A DNA stretch of 63,806 nt, filler included, from Choristocarpus tenellus KU-1152 (GCA_964200185.2; 15 parts of 15 records of this genome joined end to end with filler, not necessarily neighbours in it), one strand, 5' to 3'; positions 1 through 13,519 are shown, counted from the whole stretch's first letter. The notes: generated from the sequence alone by a model not told the origin. A program made the numbers and translations.

Positions 1-102
1 ACACACACACACACACACACAGAGGGAGAGAGAAAGAAAGTCACACACACAGATACATATACACCCCCCCCCCCCTCCATCCCACTAGAAAACTGACTTC
101 AC

Positions 103-2515
103 CTTTTTTTCAAACCAGTTCATTGCATCCTGCTCCTTAGATCCCGCAGCAGTGGCCTTGTATGGAAAATAGTGACCCGCCGGGTCCACCTACATAAAAA
201 AAACAAAAAGGAGAAAATAATTCACTACATACTAAAGAATACGCATACAGTAACCCTAACCTTTAAAAAATATTGGACATGCGTTTTGACAAGGGTAGAT
301 TGTAAACATGCAATTTTAGGACAACACCAATCTTTCGTAGTACAGTACTACTAGAATTTAGTAAAACCCCTGTTTTGATTTCTTAACTTTTCCACAACCA
401 ATAGGGTAAGGGTTAGGCTTAGGATATGAGTGATCTCAAATAACATGCAGAACACCCAATTGAGTGATTCCACCTCAAGAGTTACACTCCTAGCATACTA
501 ATAGTCTCGGTGTTTACGCCATCCAAGGTGTGAGAAAACACTGCCCCCGTTCTATACAAAAAAAACATCAAATTGTAAAACAAGAGCAAACTAATCATGA
601 CATCCAAACGCTGTGCTTTGTCTTCTGTTGCTATTCATTAGGGTTAGGGCTAGGATAACCTTGAGCTTAGTATACACACACCTAGCCCCAACCCTAAATC
701 ATTATCTCCAGAGGCACACCACACTCACTACAGTAACATCGGAGAAGCCCTAACCCTATCACTGATACAGATATATGACATCAAACTTGCTCCCTTTGCT
801 GCATAATCTTGAACTTAGTATACATACACCAACCCTAACCTTAAAGGCGCATTCTAAATTACATAGTAAATAAGAAAAGTACACGAACCAAAGCATGTCA
901 AGATGTTAAAACACTGTCCTACCTACCAAAGCATGTCAAGATGATAAAACACTACTGTACTACCAAAGCATGTCAAGATATTAAAACACTACTGTCCTAC
1001 CAAAGCATGTCAAGATGTTAAAACACTACTGTCCTACCAAAGCATGTCAAGATGTCAAAACACTACTGTCCTACCTACCAAAGCATGTCAAGATGTTGAA
1101 ACACTACTGTACCACCAAAGTGGCAGCTCCACAAAAGAGACAAGTGCCTCACTACCTACAAACAACTATCTGCCCATCATGAGAAATTTATGAGAAATTT
1201 ACACCCTAAATTGTCCGTAGAAGATTCTACACACACCTAAAAGGTGTCATTAGTATTAAAAGAACAGGCTGCATACGTTAAACTGTCATAACATGTACAC
1301 ATATACCCCCTTGAAGTGTCTCTACCTCTACCAAAAGGTACCAACTTCTCAAATAAAAACTTGTGTACCCATATTAACAAATCTCACCCAAACAAATGTA
1401 ACGGACATACAGCAGGCTTGCCAGGCCCTCCCTCCACACCTCCCTCCCCTAACCCTAACCCGCAACTCCACAACATCTCCACTACACACTATAGTCAATC
1501 ACAGAATTGAACCTCGAGGTCTGCTCCTCCTCATTGGGAATTGAAATTTGACATTGACACCAGTAACTTCTGAATCCACCATAGAAGGTATACATTTTTC
1601 TTTCTTAGTTTCGCACTACACATACCTCCAACCAAACGCCTGCGAAGACTAGACCAAACCATGTCAATCACGTAGTAATACCATCTACAAATACGAGTGT
1701 CATCGAGCTTTTAGGGTTAGGGATAGGGTAACCCTAACCCTCAAAAGGTGCCCTTCAGGTGACTGCCCTGTAGTACACCCATCTCAAGCACTGCAGAGGA
1801 TGCCTTCAGCTAAGAAAACGCTATATATCATATGCTAATCTTCTTCCACACCTACACCCTATAACCTTAATGCTTAGGGTCAGGGATAACTACACTCACT
1901 CACTTCAGCAAACACCACAACAGTACACAACACACAAAAGGTTCAAAAACGCCTTACTATTCTTAAAACAAAACCGCCCCCCTGCCCCCTCTCATACAAC
2001 TCCAGTCACAATCCACTGATGCCATCAAACACTACACTCTCTTCTCAAATCCCCCCCCCCCCCCCCCCCCCCCAACCCCACCCACCCACCCCCCTCCAAA
2101 TCCCGGCCCCCTCTTTTTCCCCCNNNNNNNNNNTCATACAACCCCAGCCACAATCCACTGATGCCATCAAACACTACTCTCTCTTCTCAAATCCCCCCCC
2201 CCCCATCCCAAAAACCCAACCAACCAACCTTGTATAGCTGCGGGCCCTTTTCATCATCCACAGCAACCAAGATCGCCACACAGGCCAACGCCCGCATAGA
2301 CGCCTGCTGGGTGTATACCTGGGAAATGTCCGCTATGCGCCGTGAGAGGACGTGCACTGGGCAATTGTACCCAAATTTGAAACGAAACTCATGCGCCTCG
2401 TACCGCAGGCGCTGCACCAGGACACGTGCGTCCGCTGAAAAAAAAAACAATAAAAATATATATATATAATTTCAGTTTAGAAGTTGAATATTCCACACAG
2501 CATTCGAAATTTGCT

Positions 2516-2555
<40 letters not shown>

Positions 2556-5011
2556 AGAAGGGGGGGAGATGGGAGAGAAGAAAAAAAAGTAACAAACAAA
2601 AAAAAAAGATATATATATATATATACGGATGTATGGAGTAGTAAGCACTTCGGGAAGAAAGTGTGAGCAGAAAAGAAAATTCGCACAAGTTTTTTTCCGC
2701 TGACAATATTTGAACGAACGAATAGCAGATCATCCTTCACACCACCGTCTCTTCATTTCGGTGTCACAGGCTATCGTCTCTTCATTTCAGCAGGCAGGGA
2801 GATCGCCGGCCCTTCAACCCTACACGCCACGAACTAAGTCCTCACAAACAAAACACATTCATTGATCAGTTATAGGGTTAGGGTTATAACCCTAACCCTA
2901 CATGCCACAAACTAAGTCCTCACAAACAAAACACATTCATTGATCGGTTATAGGGTTAGGGTTAACCCTAACTCCACAAAATAGACCTACAAACGAACAC
3001 CCTAATAGACATTCGACTGATACAAACTTCCTTGAAATATATATATATATATATGCATTATGTACATGAACATGTAGAGCTACACACATCATAAGACCGC
3101 ATTGCACCAAAAACGTACATACATATATCCTGAAAAACTTACAACCTTCACGTACAAAGATATCCACTATTTCCCCCCCCACACACACACTTTTAAACGA
3201 TATCTCACTTCTATACCCCTACTTACCACCTCCTCAGTAACACTCCACGGTGCACAACGCCACAAGTTTAGGAAAACTCCTAGTTGGAAGACAAAAAAGG
3301 GAGATAACACTATCAATCCTCACCTATCATGCCAGTCATGAGACAGCCAATCCTCTCAGTGATCTTGAACATGTGTGAAACAGAGGTAGGGTCAATCAGG
3401 CGATCCTGAGAGTAACAGCCATTTCAAAAAGGGGTGGTGGGCAGGGGTGGGGATAGGGAGGAGGATACTTTGGGGTTCATGTTTTAGGACATTGCTTGCC
3501 TTAGGCTCAGTCTATCAAGAGGGGAGAGGGTTAGGGTTAGGGTAAGAATTCCAAACTCCAAACACATTTCTTTTTTCTTTTTTTTGACAAAAATGATCAG
3601 AGACAACACTCCTCCACAACCTGATCGACCAACACCTGCAAGGTGTTCACAGCACCCATGACACAGACACAAGGTTCGCCAGGTACTTGTTTGCAGTGAA
3701 GGGGTCAGGATAAGGGTTAGGGTTGGTGAGGAGGGAGCGCCGTCCTGCCCATTTCGAGCCTATGAAAAGACTCTTGCAAACTAAATATACTCAAATGAAT
3801 GAGGCAAAGAGGACAAACCCGAAAGCAAGTGGGACTGAAAAGGACAAACAAAAAGGACTAACCCTAACCCTAACCCTTCATTAGAACGCACAACTAGTGG
3901 GGTGGTGATGGTGTATCAATTAAGCTGTGCCAGCTCCCCCAGCCCCCTCTGATTTAGTGAAACATTTGGATGGCACCGTTCCACTGAGGAAGATAGTCTC
4001 GTAACTGCCTCGGAACAGTCTCGGAACATTGGCATCTCAATGCTCGACACGTTCGGTGTGATAGAAGAGGCTTCAATTGAAATGCACTACTATAGACCAT
4101 TGCGACTACCATTATTGTTGTTATTAATGTGAACTGTGTACTATTACTACTATATCTGTAGACAGTATGCCCAAAGGTTGTGTGTCTACAGTAGCACAGA
4201 TAGCTGAAGTTGGTCAGATTCCTGAACAATCAGACAAGAAAGACAAAACATAATAACGCCACAGGAAATGCAACTCCAAAAAATATTGCAAAGCAAAAAA
4301 CATACACAAGATTGATCACTGAAGTGGTACACTCTTCATCAAATACTGTTGGGCTTGAAACACAGTTGAAATTACAGCAGTGACTTGCAGGGTAGCTACT
4401 ATCAGAGAATTAGGGTTAAGGTTAGGGCTGACCAAGGTAGTCCTCAACCTAACCTCAATCTGCAGCGTGAGTGTTCAATGTGGGTGATCCTAGAAATGCA
4501 TCAACAGAAATTTGGTGCACTTGTCCCAGCAATTTGGCACATAGTTGTAGTTCGGTACACGTAAAGTTAAAGACAGTACTCGGAATCAGTGCATGTCTGC
4601 CATCTCGGGGATAGACTGCTATCATGTTACAGATACTGTCAGAAGTTTTATGCAACACAATACTGGTGCAACCAACATCGAAGCCTGAGTACTAGGAGTA
4701 TCGGAGGTCTTAAGATGTTGACATACACAATAGATTCAGGACATCCACGACATACACACTCCCTTGCTCACCGGCACTTTCTTTTGAGTGACGACCACAC
4801 TCGTGTCCTTCCCCCTAACTGCCACAGAGGTCAACCCCGATCCCATAGCAGCCTTGAACGCATACTCTGTGCGGCGAGGAAACAATCAAAGAGAGATATC
4901 GGCGTATCATCCTACAGTCCCACCAAACTTATCGAGTCCCTGAACTGCCCACTACAATATGCGAGAGGTAACAGAGACTTGCTCCCCACCACTTTCACTT
5001 TGTTCTAACCA

Positions 5012-5059
<48 letters not shown>

Positions 5060-5641
5060 CTGGAACTGGGGCAAGTACACGGAGTGTGGGTTCGGAGGGA
5101 TGCACCATGCAATGGTGAGGAGATGGAGGCAAAACGAGAGGGGGGAACAAGATACCGAACTCGAAAAAACATTTAAGGTAAAGATGAGGAGGAATAAAAA
5201 AACAACCAGGTAAGTGACCCGATCGACCCTCATATAGAGACCGTCAAGGTTAACACGGTGGAATTGTATCCTAAGCAGAACTGGAAGATAACAGGGGGTA
5301 CTAACTGGACCAACCCACCCACAAGGTGTGGGAAGGGTTTTTTGGATGTATGGAATGAAACTTAGTACGGTAATAAAGCAGTACTAAAGGTTTTAGAAAA
5401 GTAGAAAAGAGAGCATGCAACAGATCCAACTTGAAGATTGCAATGGAAAGATAACGGGGCACAAAGAGGGAATAGGAGTTTGGTAGATAGACGGTTCCAG
5501 AGAGACCTTCGAGGTGTCCCTGTAAGGAAGGTCGCGTTCCACGTCTTATGTCTGATTCTCGAAGATCTCACCTATTTGATAAAGTCTACCCTGAGGAGAG
5601 AAGATGGTGATGTGGTGATCGTAGTTCGAATCACGAGACAT
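103..5641 (-). CDS. PSMA6: 20S proteasome subunit alpha type-6 (alpha1), 5 exons, 3' end outside window
   Basis: Phase-consistent GT-AG exons 5641-5572 ([23 protein letters not shown]), 4866-4772 ([32 protein letters not shown]), 3405-3324 ([27 protein letters not shown]), 2434-2229 ([23 protein letters not shown]...GPQLYK), 189-103 ([29 protein letters not shown]). Matches the alpha-6 N-terminal signature. Confidence 0.96.
887..1120. repeat. ~39-bp minisatellite, about 6 copies, in a PSMA6 intron
   Basis: Unit CCAAAGCATGTCAAGATGTTAAAACACTACTGTCCTA repeated in tandem with small variants. Confidence 0.93.
2816..2972. repeat. ~78-bp tandem duplication with head-to-head telomeric-repeat palindromes at the junctions
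   Basis: Two copies of ACCCTACA(C/T)GCCAC..ACTAAGTCCTCACAAACAAAACACATTCATTGATC.GTTATAGGGTTAGGGTTA; perfect palindrome TAGGGTTAGGGTTATAACCCTAACCCTA at 2873-2900. Confidence 0.88.
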
Positions 5642-6076
5642 AGCGCCCCAGGGTCAACACCTGACCCACCTCCTCCCAGTTTTTACGGACTTGGAGAAGC
5701 AGTCTCCGAACCTTCCCGGCAGGTAACACTCTGCGCTTGAATTCAGCTGCAGTAAAGCAAAGCGAGGTCAGTAATCCTGACCAGGCACGTCAATGTGGGA
5801 AGCACCTTTACCTTGGTAAGACTTGTCTTTCACACTTGCTGATCCTCTCTACCGAAATCCAATGATGGATGGACGGACGGTCTACATATTTTGATGAGCT
5901 AACCTTGTCCGACCACTCTCCGTACGTCCAAGAACTGTTGTTGTGTTGATGCGCGCGTAAGTGAGTGACGAACTTACATCTCTCTTGGACACCAGTTCTA
6001 CACACCACGTTTCAGCAGTTCTAACAAATTATAGCAAGCTCCTCACAGTTCCCGAGCAATCTCGACCTCTTCGACT
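5642..6076. promoter_or_regulatory. Putative bidirectional promoter region
   Basis: 435 bp between the divergent ATGs of PSMA6 (5641, -) and the 2Fe-2S gene (6077, +). Inferred from geometry only. Confidence 0.6.
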
Positions 6077-6891
6077 ATGTTTTCAAAGGTAATCTCAGTT
6101 TTCTTTGCCATGGTCGCCTTGGCGATCAGCGCAGAGGCTTTCATGGGTGGGTCGGTGGTATCCAGGGCCTCCAGGCAGACGACTGCGTTGCAAATGGTGA
6201 GTTGAGGCTCAAATATTTTCCTATTTTTGAACCCCGTGCATGATCGATATAGTTTCAGATTAGTTTGGAGTTGTTTCTGGGACGAAACTCTTTGTTGACG
6301 TTCCTCCCTTCTTCCTATCATGGTATGCTGCGAGAGAGTTTGGGAACGTGGCACCAATGCCCACAACAGCTTACAACGAGTCCTGCTCTTGCTAAGTCTA
6401 CTTTAGTGCAAGGCTGCAATACGCTTTCTATATCTGATACTTCAATTTGAATTGCTGTTTGAACAGGCGGATGTGGTCTTCCCTGGAGGAAAGAAGACCA
6501 CCGCTAACTCAGGGGAGGCCCTGAAGGCCGTCGCCAAGAAGGCACGCTACAACGCGGCGTATGGCTGCGAAGAGGGGAAGTGCGGGACTTGTGAGCACAA
6601 GGTAGACGAAGCACCCTGCTAGTCGAATCCTCTATCCCCTTGAACTAGCCTTGCAAAAGGAGTCGGGTTTATTTTGCCAACCTCCGTTTGTTGCTTATTC
6701 CAACCTGATCGCAAGCGACAATAGTTCCTGTGTTGCTAGATTGGTTGTGCTGTGTTTAATCTCTTGCACATTTAGTGTCCTTGACCCTTCTTTCGTGGTG
6801 GTTTCCTTTGTATCTCCTCCTTCGTCAGGTGAATGGGAAGAAGGTCCGCCTGTGTATTGGCAAGGTTCCTGGTGGAGCTGGACCATTCACG
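6077..6891 (+). CDS. Plastid-targeted small 2Fe-2S ferredoxin-like protein
   Basis: Exons 6077-6196 (MFSKVISVFFAMVALAISAEAFMGGSVVSRASRQTTALQM, signal peptide + AF motif + transit peptide), 6467-6601 (...YGCEEGKCGTCEHK), 6829-6891 (VNGKKVRLCIGKVPGGAGPFT). Motif Cx4Cx2Cx11C. End of the last exon is uncertain. Confidence 0.88.
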
Positions 6892-7500
6892 GTGCGCAAT
6901 AGTGCGGTGCACTTGTGTGTTTTGTCTTTCCTCTCTGTGCAATGTTCTATATTAGATACTCCATCTTTTCTCTGTTTTGATTGTTTGTAGTTGGGCGTGC
7001 CTAATACACACTTACAGACAGTCGAGATGTGTTCTATTTGTTTGGAAATCGGTTTGATATTATGTTCATTGTCCTTGAACTTTCTATGAATACATCAACC
7101 AGGCAAGAATGATCCTAGAGTACTAGAACACGATGCACCATCAACATCAAGCACCCTGATGCACTCAAAGTCTCCCCTGATCGTTTTTTGTCCCAACTAT
7201 TGTCTATCTTTTCCTGTCCACTGTCAACAGTTCACCCAGTAAGAACCAGATTCGCCCAGGTTATTGAACCAATAGGGCCAACAAACACCAATAGACTGGG
7301 GAGCAAAGGAGGGCTAATTCTAATCCAAGTGATAGAAGCAATGAGGGAGGCAATGCATTATTTGAGTGCTTGACATCTTTCAGCTTGCTGTCCCTCTGGC
7401 AGACATGAGGACGCATACATGTAGGGGGGAGGGGGGGGGGGGGGGGGAGGGCAAAGAAAAAAGAACTTTTTATGGCTAAAAAAAAGGATATTCCTAAAAA

Positions 7501-7600
7501 NNNNNNNNNNNNNNNNNNNNNNNNNNNNNNNNNNNNNNNNNNNNTTAATTAATTAANNNNNNNNNNNNNNNNNNNNNNNNNNNNNNNNNNNNNNNNNNNN
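7501..7600. other. Artificial contig linker (first of 14)
   Basis: 44N-TTAATTAATTAA-44N (stops in six frames). Same linker starts at 11544, 14648, 17275, 23035, 28243, 31256, 36449, 39080, 44992, 49307, 52909, 56424, 60660. Confidence 0.98.
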
Positions 7601-7869
7601 GTTAAAACATAGGCTACTCATTTGTTTCTTGTTGATATGATACACATCTACCAGCTTGTACTGACTGTTGATTGGTGCACTGCACTGGTTGTTAGTGTTC
7701 ATTTATTTATTGCACTCCAACTCATCATCACATCGATGACAGTAGATAGAAGTATAGCATCAGTTGATATTCAGTTGATACAAATCACACACAGGAACAT
7801 CATAGCACACGTCATCCAAGTAACTTCGGAACTTGCATCAAGTGAATTCCACTGTTACCTGTAGTTGTT

Positions 7870-8290
7870 TGTGTCTACAGTTCTGAAGGGGAGAGTCTTT
7901 GACAGTACCCTAGTTCAGTTCTACTGTGAATTTATATCTATATTTATGTTGATAGTTTTGAAGCGAGAGAATCTTCTATAACCCCACCCTGTTTCAGTGC
8001 TATTGTTATTTTGCGTCCATACTCATTTGTATTGATGTTAAGGGGGAGAGTCTTGCGTGAAAATCTCTATTTTTCTGTCGTTTTGAGACATTTATCTTTA
8101 TTTGTTTATGTGTTCTTAGCTCCTAGTGAGGGTAAGCCTTTCCATGGAAACACCCTATCTCTTTGTGACTGTGAGACATTGTGTTGGTGTCATGTAGTTG
8201 TTTTGCGTTATTAGTTACGAAGAGGGAGAGTCTATGACAGTATTATCATTCAGTGCTACCGTGATTTTGTGTCTGTATTCATTTATGTGG
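7870..8290 (+). repeat. Diverged repeat units with purine-rich core GAAGGGGAGAGTCT, also found at 41495-41610
   Basis: Core recurs near 7885, 7960, 8040 and 8220, followed by GACAGTACCCTA-like sequence; related units at about 41500 and 41570. Confidence 0.6.
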
Positions 8291-8407
8291 GAGTCAAAGT
8301 ATTTAAGAGGGTAGGACCGCATCCGTTCGGGATCATGAATCGAATTGTGATGTTGATCAATTTTGAGTATCGTGTTTGTTAGCAAGTGCCAATATCCTTG
8401 CTAGACC
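8291..8407. mobile_element. Degenerate partial MITE family C
   Basis: GAGTCAAAGTATTTAAGAGGGTAG...TATCGTGTTTGTTAGCAAGTGCCAATATCCTTG resembles 55915-56030. Confidence 0.65.
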
Positions 8408-9289
8408 TCAACTGCTAGGAATGCCTTCTTATATATGTGGAAACCCCCTATACGTATGTTGCATCCACGTACATATAATGCTGTTCCCTCCACCCATCCA
8501 TACATCCACACCCGACACCAGTCACTAAGGCGATGACCGAAAAACCTTACACCTGCAACCTGTATGGCTCAATCATTTTCTGATCTCATCATCATTGGTG
8601 TGAGGCGGTGTGCATGTAAAAATGCGGCATTAATATCTCGACATTTTGATATGACGGTGGACGATGTCATAATGGAAAGCTTACAAAATATACTGAGTTT
8701 AATAGGCAACAACGCCCATATTCTGCAGGTGAAGATCGCCTCTTCCGGCGTCAAAATCATCCTAAAATACGCGGTTTACGCGCGAACGGTGCGCACGGAC
8801 TACTAGATTTAAGTATAGTCCTGTATTTCTTACGATTGCTACAAGTTGGTCAACCGAGACCCATCAAATAAGGTTAAGCATGCTGATGCGATTACAACAA
8901 ACGATTTTTCATGAAAAAATATATTGTTGATTAAAAGATATGGCACGACAAAGTTGATGCAAGAAAAGCCAACTCACTGCCAACTCTGTAATAGGTCACT
9001 ACATCCCATTTTTCATTGATGGACCATGACGTTCTAGTACGGTAGTTTCTCCATGGTAAAATTTGAATGTAGCGGAAATATTTTCGAACAGGTTGAAAAT
9101 GGACGAAACCATACACTATACCTAGTCCTAAAACTCTCACATGCCCAATCTATATACTACTACATATATATATACATGGGAATCTTGTTCTTTTACCTTT
9201 CACTTTGATCCTATTTGACTCTTAACCTGATTATCTCGGATATGTCGGAAAGTACCAGCTCTACTAAAGTAATAATATACATCGTATTA

Positions 9290-11400
9290 AGCAGTGTGGT
9301 GTAGAGTTGAACTGTTGATCATCAAACCTACCCTTCTGTGAGTGCCACCTTTGTCTGTACAGTACATGGTTGATTCCTGAAGATCAATTGCACTCCAAAA
9401 AAGTAACCATGTATACTGATGGAAGTGAGTAGTTGAGGAGGAAGATGAATGATGGAGGGGTCTCCTGGTCACTCAAACTATACTAAATTTCTTAGTGTTT
9501 GGCTCGTATTGGGGTCGTCATTGTCATTTTTTGGGGGCTTTGCATAGCCGATGCAGGTCCATTGAGTGAACGAATCACTAACATGTTGACCACACAACTC
9601 CTTTTCGATTAAGAATCCTCCTGTATATGACTCCCTGTCTCCCTTGATAAAACTATGCTTTTTCCAGATGACTCTGAGGGGATCAGATTGCTACGCAGTT
9701 TTGAGAGTTCCGAGCCACCTTTGCTTCCTCCTATTGGCAATGGTTTGCCCGAGCTATCAGTCGACACGGTTGCAGGGATGGGTGGGTTACGGAGATCTAG
9801 TCGACTACTTTGCATAGTCGAAGTGCCTTGATACATCGATTAGTGTTGGTCACCCTGCCGATAAAATAAGTTAGCCCAAAGTATAGATGAGATGCTTATA
9901 CTGCTACTACTTCATATCTTTCGCGCTCTGCCTTGTGGCTCCGACGCAAGGCCACCATTTTTGATGTCCAGTGATTCTGTAGTGACGATTTCTCGTGTGT
10001 CAGAATCTCCAACACTAGACTAAATACAAAGATAACATCGCTCTTACTCGCTGTCTTTCTGGTCGTTTGCACCAACATCTGTGCATCTTGGATAGCCCTT
10101 GCCTGGTTCAGGATCGTGGATGCGACGCTCTTCTTGGTGCTGGGCCCTCTTTTCCTCATCAAGTTTTATCAGTCACGTTTCGTTCTACAGATACGAACGA
10201 GGTCAGATTAAGCACTATCAATTCAACTTCAGAGCAATTTGAACTCAACGAATTTAACGTACATGATTGTCGAGTCGACGCCTGGATACAGTGGGAGAGG
10301 TAACTTGACGTTTTCATTGTTGAAAGGTGTTCACCTGTTGCCAATTGGTCGGGTACTGCTGAGCGAACTGCTTATTTTCGAAGGTTGGAATGCAAGTATG
10401 GATATTACTTCCAGTCATGTGTCACGTGTCATGTAAGGCGTGTCTGTTGTTCCTCTGCCTCAGATGTTCTATCTGCCGCAGGAGGGGAAGCCGCCGTTAT
10501 ACTGGCCTGCAGATATGTCAGACATAGTTACACATTCATCACTCCTGACCTCCATGTGCGTCAAAGTTGTTGCATTGCTCCGAAGTATGGGCTGTTCCTT
10601 GCTGCAGGAATGGTAGTAGTTGACCATGGTAAATTCTCATTCACAATATATTTCTTCAAATATAAGTCATGGTTCAAAGGTCTGTGCCGTATGCACTAGT
10701 TTGGTAAGGATAAGTACGTAGGAGTGTGATCATTAGTCGCATAAATCTTGAGCTTATGAAAGCACACTTGGTATACAATCAGGATCTCGTAATGGCCGAA
10801 ACTGTGCTCATGGATTCCATCATTTTGTTTTAACCTTCACAGTGCCTCCCATTGCTGCAATAACAGATCGGCAGGGATTGTGGTTATCACGGGTTCGATG
10901 CTTCTGTTGGACTTACTTGTGGTGTTTATCTTCAGCCTCAGGGAGATTTGGAACCTAAATTTGTTGGATCTGTACTGGATCGCCTTGGTAAGTCTGATAT
11001 AGGAGTTGGTGCATGTGCGTGTCAGCTAGCCCAGAGAAAATGGAGCGGCATGAGGTATTGCTCACACTAGACCAGTATATCTTTCTTTGTGCATCAGGTG
11101 TCCGCAAATGCCTGATATTCATTATGACTATACCATGTATAATTCGTGCCCACATCCTTAAAACTTTCCACCCTACATCCTGATTCGCAGAGTGTGCTGC
11201 AAGACTGTTGTGTGTGTTTGCAATACAGCAAAGTGATGGTGAAGAGTAATTTGTAGGAGGATCAGTATGTATCACCCGTCCTTAAAGTGATGAAGTTCTA
11301 GTACGTGCTTCAAAACTCAAGCTCACTACACTACCTCCGTGATACTGCATGCTACCACATTTAGTATCTATTTGTTTGATGCACATGCATACCTCTCTCC
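9290..11400 (+). mobile_element. Heavily decayed LTR-retrotransposon relic, possibly Copia
   Basis: CA-GTGTGGTG LTR/PBS-like junction near 9292; broken coding-like frames with faint gag/protease-like remnants. No clean motif. Confidence 0.25.
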
Positions 11401-11505
11401 TCACTTGCATTTTTGGCAATTGTGTCGATTCATAGGACAGGAAGCAAAGTTCATAGAATCGTAAATATGTTTATTTTAACTGAGCATATTGGATACACAA
11501 AAAAA

Positions 11506-11543
11506 GGGTCAACGTATCTAGGGGGAGGGTGCCGGCGTCCGTT
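11506..11543. mobile_element. MITE family B terminus, truncated by contig end
   Basis: GGGTCAACGTATCTAGGGGGAGGGTGCCGGCGTCCGTT is the reverse complement of the right end of the 41640-41821 element. Confidence 0.75.
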
Positions 11544-13519
11544 NNNNNNNNNNNNNNNNNNNNNNNNNNNNNNNNNNNNNNNNNNNNTTAATTAATTAAN
11601 NNNNNNNNNNNNNNNNNNNNNNNNNNNNNNNNNNNNNNNNNNNGGGGTGAAATGTGCCATGCACATACTCTTGTTTCAGCTCTCTCTCCAGTATGCCCCC
11701 CCCCTGGTCTTTGTGTCCATGGGTGCAACTCTTGTGTGTGCGTGAAAAAATGAAGCCATGATCTCAGCTCAGAGAATTGCAGCAATTGCAAGGGCGCAGC
11801 GGGTGAGATTCCACAGCTTCAGGATGTGGATGAATTAACATGGAGTCGGCATACTTTTCTTTCATTCCATAAGGATTCATTCCATTAGGAGTGTATATTC
11901 CTTTCTCTGCAAAATAAGTCAGACATATCATTTCCTCCCCCCTTGCTCTTATTTGTTCACCTGGCAGCTACATTGTTTTATTCTTTGAAATATATTACTC
12001 CTAGCCAATGAGGCGCGTTTTTTGAAGGGCTCAACCTTCCCGTTGAAATTAAAAGTATAGTTTGTGGTATTGCCGCTAGAGAGGATGAAGTGATACATAA
12101 TATATAACCAAACTTGTTGTGAGCAAACATTGACAACAGGAAACTGCCGAGGAAACCTGTACTGAAGATTGATCGCAAGATCTCTCTTCTTTTGTGATTC
12201 GCCTCCTGTTGGTGCTTGTTTGGGATGCTCAAGTACCTGATTCGGACTACATTTTTTTGCCTTTCATGGTCCACCAGAATAGCAATGCATTCTTCCTAGA
12301 CCCAGTATTTTTATGAAATGTATGTAGAACATTGTGGTATGCTGCAAAGGCAGGTACCAGTAGTATATCAGTTGAGGCTGATGAGGTTGAAGGTAGGGAC
12401 AAAATCGATTTTGTTTCTCTTTGTGAGTAGATCAGTAGATGGGGGTTGTGGGGTGGTGATACCACGCCGCCAAGCAGGGGGTTCTGGGTGCTATTGATGG
12501 GTACATATGCAGAGAGTACACCTTGAGCCTTGCTCGGTGGCAACTAAGGAGGCGACCTCAAGGCAACACAACAGCTGCAGCATGGTAGGTCAGATGCCAA
12601 GGTACTCATCCTTGGCAACTTCTTAGTGTGTATTTTTTGTGTTGCCAGTGGCATTGTGTGAAATTGTTGCAGTAAATACATCCCTTTGAACCACTAGACA
12701 TACACTCTGCCCATGTGAAGGGGGAGAGGCAGGGGTGTACCCAGCTCTGTTATGAATGAAATATTCTGATCTGTAGCACACCGGTACAAGAGGTATGGTC
12801 CTCTACTAAGAAACAGACAATTAAGAAACACAGGCTCACTTCTCTCAAAACCTTCACAAATATGGAGACTCATCAAGTAGATACCTGCACGATAAGTTCA
12901 AGAAAGATCCCAGCTTTCCCCTTCGGTGTGGAAGGGCAACATACGGAGCAACAATACTTACACATAGCAAGCTTACGTAATATTTAACAAGCACATACCT
13001 TTCTTTTAGAATTTAGATATGTTGAATTGTGGTGCACTTTTTAGCGACCCTTTGTTGCGATTCTCAGGTCAAGCTCTCTGAGGCGTAAAATAGAAATTTT
13101 AAAGGTTAATCAACAAGGGCAGGTATATACTGTAGTACATGTAGTACAAGGTGGTTGCAAACAGATACATTTGGTTAAACTTGCTCCACAGAGTACTTTC
13201 ATGATGCTGTATCATATTTTGATATTCACAACTCAAACGTACATACTATATGCATGTATAAACACAATAGGGAGGGTCAAACATTTACTAACTTCTCATA
13301 ATTGACTGGAATACCAGGACAAGGTAGATACTTAAACCTAATGTTGCAATTACAAAAGCACTTTTGCGCAGGTAGATGATGAAGGATGACAGTTGGATAT
13401 ATGCAGCAGGAGGGTGTTGTCACAAAATTTATTATTAACATTTTTCGTATGGACAAGTTCTGTGTGATAGGGGAAATGATGAGAACCACCAGAGATGAGA
13501 TTCAGGAAGAAAGTGAGAC

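Noticed and set aside
887-1120. CRISPR-like array (also 29826-30030 and 50065-50470)
   Set aside because: No unique spacers, intronic eukaryotic context and no cas genes; these are minisatellites.
1993-2205. ~70-bp direct duplication around the 10-N gap
   Set aside because: Straddles a scaffold gap, so it may be an unmerged overlap or allelic haplotypes.
7545-7556. Recurrent TTAATTAATTAA palindrome as a biological motif
   Set aside because: Always centred in identical 44-N flanks; an assembly concatenation linker.
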